Positions 28,702-37,289 of a stretch of DNA of 64,000 nt are shown here, piece by piece. Position 1 is the first letter of the stretch; every line of letters starts with the position of its first letter. This DNA is from Syntrophales bacterium (lineage in GTDB: Bacteria > Desulfobacterota > Syntrophia > Syntrophales > UBA6109), in contig DAOSIS010000015.1 of the NCBI GenBank assembly GCA_035366835.1, positions 23,949-87,948 of the forward strand, in the 5' to 3' direction. Below the pieces are notes generated by a model, which made no database searches, had not been told where the DNA came from, and saw nothing but the letters and a program-made list of their open reading frames with translations. Made by a program: the position numbers and the translations under genes.

Positions 28702-29205
28702 TTACCAGTACGACTCCAGGATGTTGACACGCTGGCTGAAGCTGGACGCGGAATTGTCCGCGCCGGTGACCGTAAGGGCGACATCGATCCGGCGGATGTT
28801 GGCCGCCGTTGCCGTCGCCGTCCCCGAACCATCGAAGTAGCTGAGGGTGAAGGCGGTGACGCGGTCGATCAGGGTCGTCCCGTTGATCTGCACCTTGTCG
28901 CCGGAAAGGGCGATGGCGACGGTGACGGGTCCCGTCCGCGTGCAGGTCACCGCGGAGGTTACCGACTGGGCCGGCGAGGGCGCGACGGCCGTCGCCGCGT
29001 GCAGTTCCTTCGCGATCCGCGTCAAGGCGACCTGGGCCTTCTGGAGCGTATCGGCGTTTTTCCGGGCAAAGACGTAGCCGCTCGCAATCTGCGTCAGGCC
29101 CATCCCCACGACGGCGACGAGAATGCCGATCAGCACGAGGCAAACGATCATCTCGACGAGCGTGAAGCCCTTATCGTCTGAGCGGGGTCCGTGCATCATG
29201 GCCAT
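28702..29205 (-). CDS. prepilin-type minor pilin/pseudopilin
   Basis: 167 aa. N-terminal methylation motif DKGFTLVEMIVCLVLIGIL. Confidence 0.8.
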   Translation of the reverse strand: MAMMHGPRSDDKGFTLVEMIVCLVLIGILVAVVGMGLTQIASGYVFARKNADTLQKAQVALTRIAKELHAATAVAPSPAQSVTSAVTCTRTGPVTVAIALSGDKVQINGTTLIDRVTAFTLSYFDGSGTATATAANIRRIDVALTVTGADNSASSFSQRVNILESYW

Positions 29206-29220
29206 CTAAACCCTCTCCCC

Positions 29221-29874
29221 TCACCGCAGGACGAACAAAGCCGTCCGCGTTTCGCCCGTCCGGTTCGACGCGTCCGACCGGTGGCCGACGACGACCTTCA
29301 GGTAGCGCCCGTAGGCCGGATCGCCCGTCGATCCATTGATGTTTTCTTCCCTGTTGCTTGCATCGAACTTGATGAACCGGTTCTGGAGAACGCGGTAGTT
29401 CCCGAAGGCGTTGCCGTAGTCCTGGTTCTCTCCGCCGCCGGGGGCGCCGATGGCGGTCTGCAGGTCCGTCAGCGTCGGTGCCGCGCCGTTGTTCTGCCAG
29501 GTGACGGTTCCGTCGCTGACCGTGGCCCCGGCGGTGATCGGCCACGCCGGTTCGTTCTCGCCGCTGGTTCCGCCGCCCGTGCAGCGGTAGTGGAATCCGT
29601 TTCGTATGCGGATCGAGGGAAGGATGAGCGTATCGGCGGCGTAGGACGTGCTCGGCCGCCAGTGCGGGATCCTGCTGTACAGCGTCGTCATGTTCTCCAG
29701 GACCTGGCTCAGGTTTGCCGATGCCTGGAGCCGGGCGATGGGGGTGGAACTCAGGGAGATGGACGATCCGAAATAAGGCGCCATCATGGCGGCGACGATG
29801 GCGAGCATGACGATGGCCACGAGGATTTCGACCAGCGTCAGTCCGGATTTCATGAGTCTATTCCGTGGCGTCAT
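29221..29874 (-). CDS. prepilin-type minor pilin/pseudopilin
   Basis: 217 aa. KSGLTLVEILVAIVMLAIV. Contains GENEPAWPITAGATVSDGTVTWQN. Confidence 0.8.
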   Translation of the reverse strand: MTPRNRLMKSGLTLVEILVAIVMLAIVAAMMAPYFGSSISLSSTPIARLQASANLSQVLENMTTLYSRIPHWRPSTSYAADTLILPSIRIRNGFHYRCTGGGTSGENEPAWPITAGATVSDGTVTWQNNGAAPTLTDLQTAIGAPGGGENQDYGNAFGNYRVLQNRFIKFDASNREENINGSTGDPAYGRYLKVVVGHRSDASNRTGETRTALFVLR

Positions 29875-30329
29875 GGCGTGATGAACCCCGTATTGGCGGC
29901 GAGGATGATCGTGGATGTGCCGCTGTCCCCGCTCAAGGTGATCGACACATCGGAAGGCCCCGGGCTGCCCCAGGAATCGAAGCTGACCGTCACGGGCGTG
30001 GTCACCGTCGTGCCGGACGGGAAGGACCGCGTGCTGGAATTTTCAGTGGGGAGGTTGATCGCGGCGGCCGCGCCGTTGCGCTGAAGGGTGTAGGACCCGC
30101 CGGCGAATGCGATTCCCCAGGTTGCCGTATCGTCGTTCAGGGCCTTCATCTGGGCAAATCTGAGATGCGTCTTGACGATATCGGTCTGCACGACAAGGTC
30201 CTGCTGCGTCGTCAGGACGCGGCTGACGGCAACGGCGGCGATTACGCCGATGACCAGCAGAACGACGATCACCTCGACGAGGGTGAAGCCCCGGTCAGCA
30301 GTGTCTGTTGAGGCGTGATGGTTCATCAC
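29871..30329 (-). CDS. prepilin-type minor pilin (GspH/FimU-like size)
   Basis: 152 aa. DRGFTLVEVIVVLLVIGVI. 4-nt overlap with the next gene. Confidence 0.8.
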   Translation of the reverse strand: MMNHHASTDTADRGFTLVEVIVVLLVIGVIAAVAVSRVLTTQQDLVVQTDIVKTHLRFAQMKALNDDTATWGIAFAGGSYTLQRNGAAAAINLPTENSSTRSFPSGTTVTTPVTVSFDSWGSPGPSDVSITLSGDSGTSTIILAANTGFITP

Positions 30330-30354
30330 TTCTCAGGTCCTTATGTCACGCGGA

Positions 30355-30382
30355 CTATAAGGTGAAGCGGCCCGCTTGTCAA
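30355..30382 (-). promoter_or_regulatory. near-consensus sigma70 promoter for the minor-pilin operon
   Basis: Minus strand reads TTGACA (30382-30377), a 17-nt spacer, then TATAGT (30360-30355), about 25 nt upstream of ATG 30329. Confidence 0.45.
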
Positions 30383-30413
30383 TATCGCATCATGAGAAAA
30401 ACAGAAGACGGCG

Positions 30414-30737
30414 TCATCCGATCGTGGCCCGGATCACGGCGAAGCCTTCCCGTTCCATCTGTGCGGCGACGCGGTCCTGCAACTCCCTTCCCGGTGTGAG
30501 CGCGACCATGTAGCCGCCCTTCCCGGCGTAGACCCCTTCCAGGACTTCCGGATAGGGTTTTTCCAGAGACACAGGTGGCGAACCTCGCGGCCGTCGCGTT
30601 CGAAGGCCCTGGTGAGGATGGCGGCGGACCTGAGGCCGTCCGGGTCGTTGTGATGAAAGAGGGTGCGCCGTCCGGTCGGGCCATGCCCGCATCTCGCCGA
30701 TCGCCTTTCCCATCGCATGAACGAGATCATCGATCAT
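30414..30737 (-). pseudogene. small DHH-like ORF with an apparent compensating double frameshift
   Basis: The N-terminus (MIDDLVHAMGKAIGEMRAW) and C-terminus (VSLEKPYPEVLEGVYAGKGGYMVALTPGRELQDRVAAQMEREGFAVIRATIG) share a frame. The protein-like middle (RRTLFHHNDPDGLRSAAILTRAFERDGREVRHL) is in another frame. ATGA overlap with the GDPD stop. Confidence 0.3.
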
Positions 30738-31504
30738 CCCCGAGCTCCCTGTGCGATTCGCGGATCGTCCGAGATCACGCCGTCCACCTCTGCCGCCAGG
30801 GCGCAGCGGAATTCGTCGGCCCTGTCGACGCGATAGGGGAAGACGGCGATGCCCGCTTCGTGCATGCGGGCGACGTGTTCCTTTTGGAGAAAGAGCCAGT
30901 TCGGATGTACGGAAAAGATTCCGAGGGACCGGCAGCGCCCCGGGAGGCCTTCTTCGCCGGGGTTCTTCGTGATGAAGGCAAGAGAAACGTCGCTGCGATC
31001 GCGTCGGATGCTTTCGAGGACGCGCCATTCGAAACTGGAGATCAGCACGGAATCCAGCAATCGGCGTTCTTCGACAAGGGCGACGAGCTGGCGCTCCACC
31101 GCATCGGCCGGGCCGTCCGCCTCTAAGGCTTCCTTCTTGATCTCGAAGTTGATCAGGACCCTGCCGCCGAACAGGTCGAGGACCTCCTCCGGCGTCGGGA
31201 CCGGCTCGCCGGTGAAGCGGACGTCGAACCAGCGGCCGGCGTCCAGCTTCTTGATCTCCTCCAGGGTTCGGCCGTTCACCCGTCCCGTTCCGTCGGTCGT
31301 GCGCTCCAGGCCCGGATCGTGAATTACGATCAGCCTGCGGTCTAGGGTCAACTGGATGTCCATTTCGAGCATGTCCACGTCCGCCTCAAAGGCCGCCCGG
31401 AACGCGGCGAAGGTGTTTTCCGGGCAGCGGACCCGGTCTCCCCGGTGGGCGACAATCCACGGCTTCCTGATGCGGAGTCGATCCTGGAGCGAAGGTGTCG
31501 GCAT
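30734..31504 (-). CDS. glycerophosphodiester phosphodiesterase (cytoplasmic UgpQ type)
   Basis: 256 aa. WIVAHRGDRVRCPENTFAAF...EMDIQLTLDRRLIVIHD. No signal peptide. Confidence 0.9.
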   Translation of the reverse strand: MPTPSLQDRLRIRKPWIVAHRGDRVRCPENTFAAFRAAFEADVDMLEMDIQLTLDRRLIVIHDPGLERTTDGTGRVNGRTLEEIKKLDAGRWFDVRFTGEPVPTPEEVLDLFGGRVLINFEIKKEALEADGPADAVERQLVALVEERRLLDSVLISSFEWRVLESIRRDRSDVSLAFITKNPGEEGLPGRCRSLGIFSVHPNWLFLQKEHVARMHEAGIAVFPYRVDRADEFRCALAAEVDGVISDDPRIAQGARG

Positions 31505-31540
31505 GAAAACGGGTGCCTTCCCGGATTTCGATGTCGGTTC

Positions 31541-31621
31541 TTAGCGGAACCGGAGGCCGGCTGCCCGGTCGAACACGTGCAGATCCTGCGGTGGAACCTC
31601 GACGGGGAGCCTATCCTGTTT
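31541..31621 (-). pseudogene. relic of the 3' end of a MalK/UgpC-type ABC ATPase gene
   Basis: Manual translation gives *KQDRLPVEVPPQDLHVFDRAAGLRFR*, which matches the ...lHlFD..tG.r. C-terminal signature. Only about 26 codons remain after an in-frame stop. Confidence 0.35.
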
Positions 31622-31816
31622 CTACAGCTGATGCAAGAGACGGACCGTTGCGGGGTTTCGGTGGCGTCGAAAGGGCCGTACCACCCGGGTGTCGGCGCCT
31701 AGGATTCCTGAAGACGACGCGTTTTTCCATGGGGCTCCGCCGGGATCAACCGTGTGCCCGCCGGCTCCGGCTAGCGGATACCGGGAAAATCATCAGGAGA
31801 CTGAGGTCAACGGATT

Positions 31817-31959
31817 CTACTTGCTGGTTTCTTCAAACTGCCGCAGTTTCTTGTTCCCCCCGCGACGGCGTCGTCGAGGGCTTGTTGGGCGGTCATCTTG
31901 TCGGAAAAAGCGGATTCGAGTTCGTCGTAGACGATTTTCACGAAATGGATTGCCGAACG
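31817..31959 (-). pseudogene. relic of the 3' end of a family-1 solute-binding protein gene (UgpB-like)
   Basis: Manual translation gives RSAIHFVKIVYDELESAFSDKMTAQQALDDAVAGG, then a 1-nt frame shift at the C6 run (31856-31861), then NKKLRQFEETSK*. An in-frame stop lies directly upstream. Confidence 0.4.
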
Positions 31960-32120
31960 TCAATCCGTCATCTACAAAAAATGTAGGTAAATGACAAAAA
32001 TTAGTAGAATTCGTTTTCCAAGGAGTACGGTCGAGTTGAGGATCGGAGGGTATTCAAGACAAAAAACGTTGTAAATCAACATGTTAATCATTATATTTTG
32101 GCATTTGCTTTCCAGGATAC

Positions 32121-32136
32121 TGGCATGTTATGTGCT
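32121..32136 (+). promoter_or_regulatory. candidate sigma54 (-24/-12) promoter for the pilin genes
   Basis: TGGCATGTTATGTGCT has GG-N10-GC spacing and is close to TGGCAC-N5-TTGC. It lies in an AT-rich region about 83 nt upstream of ATG 32219. Confidence 0.55.
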
Positions 32137-32218
32137 AAAGCCAAATTCTGAAAATGGAGGAGTAGTCCATTATCGACCATCCTGCTCCGTCAGGAAAAAA
32201 CTCTGAGGAGGAAATTGT

Positions 32219-32617
32219 ATGAGAACAAATCAGAAAGGCTTTACATTGATCGAGATCATCGCCGTCTTGATCATTCTTGGCATTCTGGCCGCAGTAGCCG
32301 TGCCGAGATTCATGGATCTGACGGCAGACGCCAGGAGGCAGGCCGCAAACGCAGCGGTTGCCGAAGGGATCGCGAGGGCAAATATGCTAATAGCTAGGAA
32401 CATTTTGTCAAGCGGTGGAACGATACCTACTGCGGCATGCGTAGTTGAGGGCCTGAACGCGAGTTATCAGAATGCGGGTGATTTCTCAATCTCCTATGCA
32501 GGTGCGGGCGGCGGTGGAACTGCGGGAACCATCACGGTTTCCGGATGGGGCGTCTCCGGCAACGTAAGTGGCGGGGATACCGTTGAAAAAGCGTTTGACA
32601 TGCCGACCTCCAATTAA
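32219..32617 (+). CDS. type IV pilin / pseudopilin (prepilin N-terminal methylation domain)
   Basis: 132 aa. MRTNQKGFTLIEIIAVLIILGILAAVAVPRF. SD GAGGAGG upstream. Confidence 0.85.
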   Translation: MRTNQKGFTLIEIIAVLIILGILAAVAVPRFMDLTADARRQAANAAVAEGIARANMLIARNILSSGGTIPTAACVVEGLNASYQNAGDFSISYAGAGGGGTAGTITVSGWGVSGNVSGGDTVEKAFDMPTSN

Positions 32618-32658
32618 TTTAATCTACACGCGTCCACCCATCTGAGGGGGGTGGTGAA

Positions 32659-33063
32659 ATGGCGTTTCGAACGAGGAGGGCGTCCCCTGGCCCGAGAGGC
32701 GAGGGTGGGTTTACATTAATTGAGATTATAAGCGTCCTCGTCATAATTGGAGTTCTTGCGGCTATCGCAGTTCCAAGATACATGGACCTCATCGACTACG
32801 CGAGGAACAGGGCCGCCTACGCGGCGCTTGCCGAGGGTATGGCCCGTGTGAACATGATCGCCGCCAAGCGGATTCTTCAAACCGGGAGCATTCCGAGCGC
32901 GGCGAGCGTTGTCGCCGATTCGGCATTGAACACGGATGCAGGAGATTTTTCCCTTAGTTTCGCAGCAAACGGCGAAGGCAGCGTCAATATCACTGCTTCC
33001 GGCACGGCGGGAAACGTGGACGGCGGAAGCGTGACAGGCAATGTCGGATTGCCCGTGTTGTAG
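32659..33063 (+). CDS. second type IV pilin paralogue
   Basis: 134 aa. GEGGFTLIEIISVLVIIGVLAAIAVPRY. Collinear with the first pilin (GDFS.S.A..G.G). Unusually long leader peptide if the start is correct. Confidence 0.8.
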   Translation: MAFRTRRASPGPRGEGGFTLIEIISVLVIIGVLAAIAVPRYMDLIDYARNRAAYAALAEGMARVNMIAAKRILQTGSIPSAASVVADSALNTDAGDFSLSFAANGEGSVNITASGTAGNVDGGSVTGNVGLPVL

Positions 33064-33100
33064 TGTTAACGGGAAACGGACAGATCGTGGTTTAGAACCA

Positions 33101-33146
33101 AGACAGGACATCGCCACCGATTAATAATTGTGGCGATGTCCTGTCT
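33101..33146. terminator. 17-bp perfect inverted repeat between convergent pilin and TPR genes
   Basis: AGACAGGACATCGCCAC - 12 nt - GTGGCGATGTCCTGTCT. The loop holds the stop codon of the minus-strand gene and the right arm encodes its last residues. Confidence 0.55.
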
Positions 33147-35115
33147 TCTTATGATGGATCCCTCTTTTTTTTTGTTCTGTATTGCGTCCTGCAGCCACTA
33201 ACGAGACGGTCTGACGGAGATTTTCACGTGCTTTTTCATAGCCGGGGTTGAGCATCAGCGCTGCCGAGAAGTAATACGCCGCTTTTTCCCAATCGGCGGT
33301 CTTTTGCATGGCGATGCCTGCATTGTTGTATGCCGCTACGAAATCCGGCTGCAACGCAATTGCGGCGACGAGGAATTGGATGGCATCCCGAGGGCGGTCC
33401 AAAAGGTTCAGGACTCTGCCGATATTGTTGTTGGTGTCCGCCCTCTTGGGCGACAGTACCAATGCCCGATGGAAATGGGCCAGAGCACGGTTGAGGAGGC
33501 CGACTCCCGCGTAGGCAACCCCTAAAATATTATGTTTCCACGAATTGTCGTCTGTCAACATTTCCGCGGCTGAATAGGCAGCGATCGCCCGTTTCGTTTC
33601 TCCCATTTTCACCAGGAGGTCTCCCTTTCCGATATAGGCATAGGAGTTTTTCCTGTCACGGAGAAGCGCATCGTTGAAATGGACCAGCACTTCTTCCAGC
33701 GGTGCGCCCTTTTTTTCAAGGAGATTTGCCAGGCTGGCATGCACGGAGGAGTAACCCGGCCAGATGGCGAGGGACTTGAGGATTTCCCTTTCCGCTGCTG
33801 CAAGATTCCCTTCCACCAGTAGAACATCGCCCAAAATCCGATGGGCGAGCCAGTTCTTTGCGGTGACCTCCGTCGCATGCTGAAAGAGGGTCTTGGTGTT
33901 CCTCCAATATTCCACTTGCCGCCAGGTGACCACGGACAGGATGATGAGAATTGACGCCGTCACAGCGGTCGCGAGCATCCATTGACGGGGGGCATCACTG
34001 AAGGCCGAGACACTCCAGACAATTGCAATGAAGACGCCGATAGAAGGCAGATACATGTATCGATCCGCCATGGACTGTAACCCTACCTGAACAATACCGA
34101 TTACGGGCAGCAGTGTGATCAGAAACCACAGCCAGCCGAACAGCACATAGGGGTGACGGCGGACGAGCAGGAAGGCGGCAAGCGAAACAAGGAGTAGGAA
34201 AACGCCTGCGCCGATAACACGCGGCGACAGAAGGGGGAAAGAAACATAAGGATAGAAAATGGCCAGACTGTCCGGCCAGAAAGTCTTTTCCATGTATCCC
34301 TGGTAGGATACCGCGGCATTCAAAATCCTCGCAGACAGCGGAATTCCGCTCAGGGTTGCCATCGCCCCGGCCTTTGCCTGGACGATCATCGTCACGATGC
34401 CTGAAAATAGGGAAAGGGAAAAAAACGGTATTTTTTCCATGACGACGGAGCGGTGCAATCTCAAATTCTGGAAACGCATCCAATCGGAGTATTGGTCTGG
34501 CGCCTCGATGCGCTTCAGAGGCCAGAAATCGAGGAGGAGAAAGACGATCGGCAGCGTGACGAGCATCGGTTTGGACAGGAGACCGAGGGCGAAGAGGAAA
34601 AGCGTTGCGGTGTAGCGAAGGGGGTGAGGTTTCCTTGCATAGCGTACATAGGAAAGGAGCGCCAGGATGCCGAAGAATCCCGATAGAACATCCTTCCTTT
34701 CCGAAATCCACGCCACCGACTCCACGTGGAGCGGATGGATACCGAAGAGCGCCGCGACCACGGCGCTTTCCCATCGCCTTCCCGTGGTTTCCAACAGCAA
34801 AAGAAACAGCAGCAGAGTATTGGCGATGTGAAAAAAGAGACTTGTCAGGTGATGTCCCACCGGATGCACGCCGTACATCTGGCAATCGAACATATGGGAA
34901 ATCATCGTAAGGGGATGCCAGTTGGCGGCAGCTTGGGTGGTGAACGCCCGGATCAGGCCTTCTTTCGTCAACCCCGCCTGAACGTGGTCATTCTGCGTGA
35001 CATATAACTGGTCGTCGTATCCGACGAAGTCGTTCTTGACCACGCCGCCGAAGGCGGTCAGGACCAGAAGGATCAGAACAAGACCGATCCAGCGGTCCTT
35101 CATGGAGATCGTCAT
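33121..35115 (-). CDS. TMTC/PMT_2-like polytopic membrane glycosyltransferase (GT-C type) with C-terminal TPR repeats
   Basis: Internal Met (MTISMKDRWIGLV...) of ORF 33121..35373. NDFVGYDDQLYVTQNDHV and FGIHPLHVESVAWISERKDVLSG resemble the TMTC/DUF1736 signature. The C-terminal half is TPR-like. Confidence 0.65.
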   Translation of the reverse strand: MTISMKDRWIGLVLILLVLTAFGGVVKNDFVGYDDQLYVTQNDHVQAGLTKEGLIRAFTTQAAANWHPLTMISHMFDCQMYGVHPVGHHLTSLFFHIANTLLLFLLLLETTGRRWESAVVAALFGIHPLHVESVAWISERKDVLSGFFGILALLSYVRYARKPHPLRYTATLFLFALGLLSKPMLVTLPIVFLLLDFWPLKRIEAPDQYSDWMRFQNLRLHRSVVMEKIPFFSLSLFSGIVTMIVQAKAGAMATLSGIPLSARILNAAVSYQGYMEKTFWPDSLAIFYPYVSFPLLSPRVIGAGVFLLLVSLAAFLLVRRHPYVLFGWLWFLITLLPVIGIVQVGLQSMADRYMYLPSIGVFIAIVWSVSAFSDAPRQWMLATAVTASILIILSVVTWRQVEYWRNTKTLFQHATEVTAKNWLAHRILGDVLLVEGNLAAAEREILKSLAIWPGYSSVHASLANLLEKKGAPLEEVLVHFNDALLRDRKNSYAYIGKGDLLVKMGETKRAIAAYSAAEMLTDDNSWKHNILGVAYAGVGLLNRALAHFHRALVLSPKRADTNNNIGRVLNLLDRPRDAIQFLVAAIALQPDFVAAYNNAGIAMQKTADWEKAAYYFSAALMLNPGYEKARENLRQTVSLVAAGRNTEQKKRGIHHKKTGHRHNY

Positions 35116-35366
35116 AAGGGGAGTCTCCCTGGCGGTTGCCGGAGACTTTATAGCGTACTCCTGCCGATTCCGCAAAATATTTGCGGAGCCCCAGGTAAGA
35201 GTTATCGTTGTTGATGGTTGCTCATCTGCCGTCGTCTGCCCTGACATTGCGTCCTGCCTTTCCTGAGAAGCAGCGCATGATTTTTCTTTTCTGAAATGTG
35301 CGGCGTTCACGGACAGGGCGCGAAAAAATAGTTTACGCGGGCACCCCTCAGCGGCTAATAAGGAGC

Positions 35367-37289
35367 ATGGCATTGAAAGAGCAAACCATCTCGCCGATCC
35401 TGATCGCGGCGGCGCTTATCGGGAGCCTTTTTTTCCAGGGACGAAATCTTTATGTCTTTCTTGCGGTGCAGGCGGCCCTGGTCTGCGCCTTGACGTATCG
35501 ACTGATGAGGGCACAGGCGGAAACCGTCCTCCTCAAGATCGATTTCATGTCCGGGGCCGTTCTTCTCTTCTGGGTATGGCTTGCCGTCAGCGCTTTTCTC
35601 TCCCGCGTTCCCTACGTCAGTGGGTTCATCTTCTGGTGGATCGGGGTCCTGCCGATGGTCTATCTGATCCATGTCCTGTCGCCGGAGACCGAAGATTCCG
35701 GGTCGGCGACTGTGATGGTTCTGCTCGCCGTTGGATCGGGGCTGGCTGCATGGGCTCTGTGCCAATTTATTGTCTGGCAGGATCCTCCGCGGGGACCTTT
35801 TATCTATCGTAATCTGCTGGCGGCGTTTCTCGGCATGCTGGCATTGATCGTGTCTGCCCGTTTCCTCATGAGAGACGAGAACGGGGGAACCCGTGAATTC
35901 TGGTTCCTGGCCGGGATCTTTCTGATGGTCCTGATCGTGGGTTTGATCCAGAGTCGCGGAGTCCTGCTCTGTTTTTCCATCGGTGCCTTCGCCCTCCTCT
36001 CTTTCTCTCGTCCGTTCGTGAAGAAAAGAAAGGATATCCTGACGATCATCGCAGTCTATGCGGTCGCCCTGGCCCTGGCCCAGGTCTCCTCGTCGGGGGA
36101 GATGGGTGCGAGAATGGCTACTCTCCAGGATCCCTATCAGGCTGGGGGAACCCGCTTCGTCATCTGGGAGGGGTCGTGGGAATTGTGGCAGCAGTCCCCT
36201 TGGTACGGCAACGGCATCGGGACGTACTGGCTGGCCTATCCGGCCTATCGGCAGGCGGACGATACCAACGCGGGCTTCTACGTCCACAACGACTACCTGC
36301 AGATTCTGATCGAAAGCGGCTGGCCGGCCCTGCTCCTGCTTTGCTGCATTTTGCTTGCGATCCTTTTTCTGTTCGTCAAGACATACAGGAGCGAATCGAC
36401 CGGCCCTTCTGCAAAAATCGAAGCTGCGGGCCTGTTTGCCGCGCTGCTGTCGATTTTTCTGCACAGCTTGCTCGATTTCAATCTCTATACGGTGCCGACC
36501 ATGATCCTGGCGGGGCTGGCCATGGGACGCCTCCGCTCGCTCTGTCATGACCCGCTTCCGTCCGTATCCATGAAAATTTCTTTAGGCCGCTGGCTCCGGC
36601 CGACTGTTTTTCGCTGCTGCCTGCTGTTTTTGGGACTCCTTCCGGGGATCTATTTCGTCACGGTTGGCGTTTCCTACTATTACCTCCAACGTGGCGAGGC
36701 GTTGATCGAGAAGGCTCAATTGAAAGAGGCCCTTGGGTCGCTGCGGATTTCCGAAGCCCTGTGGTCGAACCAGGACCGGCCGAAATATCTGCAGGCCAAC
36801 ATCTATCAGTTGACGCTGCAGGAAAATCCGCAAATGGATCTCGCGGTGCGTAGACAAGTATATGACGATGCACAGATGAAGTTGCAGCAGGCCGAAAGTT
36901 TGAATCCCTGGCGGCCGGAGATTCATGCCGTCCGCGGTCAACTGTACCGACAGAACCGCGACCTCGCCGGCCCGGACTGGTATGAAAAGGCCGTGCGGTC
37001 CTTTCGTCACGCGCTGGCTATCGACCCGCGATGCTACGATGCGCGGGTCTTCTACGCAAGGATGCTCTTGGAGACGGGCGATGCTCCAAAGGCCGCCGAT
37101 GTCTTGAAAGCGGGATTGAAATACTGGCATACGCCGGATGCCCGGATGATTTCCTATTATCGACTGACAGCGTTCGTTTGTCGGCAACAGGGAGATCATG
37201 CCTCGGCCACGGAAGCGGAAAAGAAGATGGCGGCCGTTATCGCGGCCTACCAAAGAGCCGCGCGGGAGAAATGGGAAAGGCCCTTTTGA
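35367..37289 (+). CDS. O-antigen ligase (Wzy_C) domain membrane protein with C-terminal TPR repeats
   Basis: Internal Met (MALKEQTISP..., SD AAGGAG) of ORF 35298..37289. NAGFYVHNDYLQILIESGWPALLLL is the Wzy_C/WaaL/PglL-type loop motif. TPR-like tail. Confidence 0.75.
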   Translation: MALKEQTISPILIAAALIGSLFFQGRNLYVFLAVQAALVCALTYRLMRAQAETVLLKIDFMSGAVLLFWVWLAVSAFLSRVPYVSGFIFWWIGVLPMVYLIHVLSPETEDSGSATVMVLLAVGSGLAAWALCQFIVWQDPPRGPFIYRNLLAAFLGMLALIVSARFLMRDENGGTREFWFLAGIFLMVLIVGLIQSRGVLLCFSIGAFALLSFSRPFVKKRKDILTIIAVYAVALALAQVSSSGEMGARMATLQDPYQAGGTRFVIWEGSWELWQQSPWYGNGIGTYWLAYPAYRQADDTNAGFYVHNDYLQILIESGWPALLLLCCILLAILFLFVKTYRSESTGPSAKIEAAGLFAALLSIFLHSLLDFNLYTVPTMILAGLAMGRLRSLCHDPLPSVSMKISLGRWLRPTVFRCCLLFLGLLPGIYFVTVGVSYYYLQRGEALIEKAQLKEALGSLRISEALWSNQDRPKYLQANIYQLTLQENPQMDLAVRRQVYDDAQMKLQQAESLNPWRPEIHAVRGQLYRQNRDLAGPDWYEKAVRSFRHALAIDPRCYDARVFYARMLLETGDAPKAADVLKAGLKYWHTPDARMISYYRLTAFVCRQQGDHASATEAEKKMAAVIAAYQRAAREKWERPF

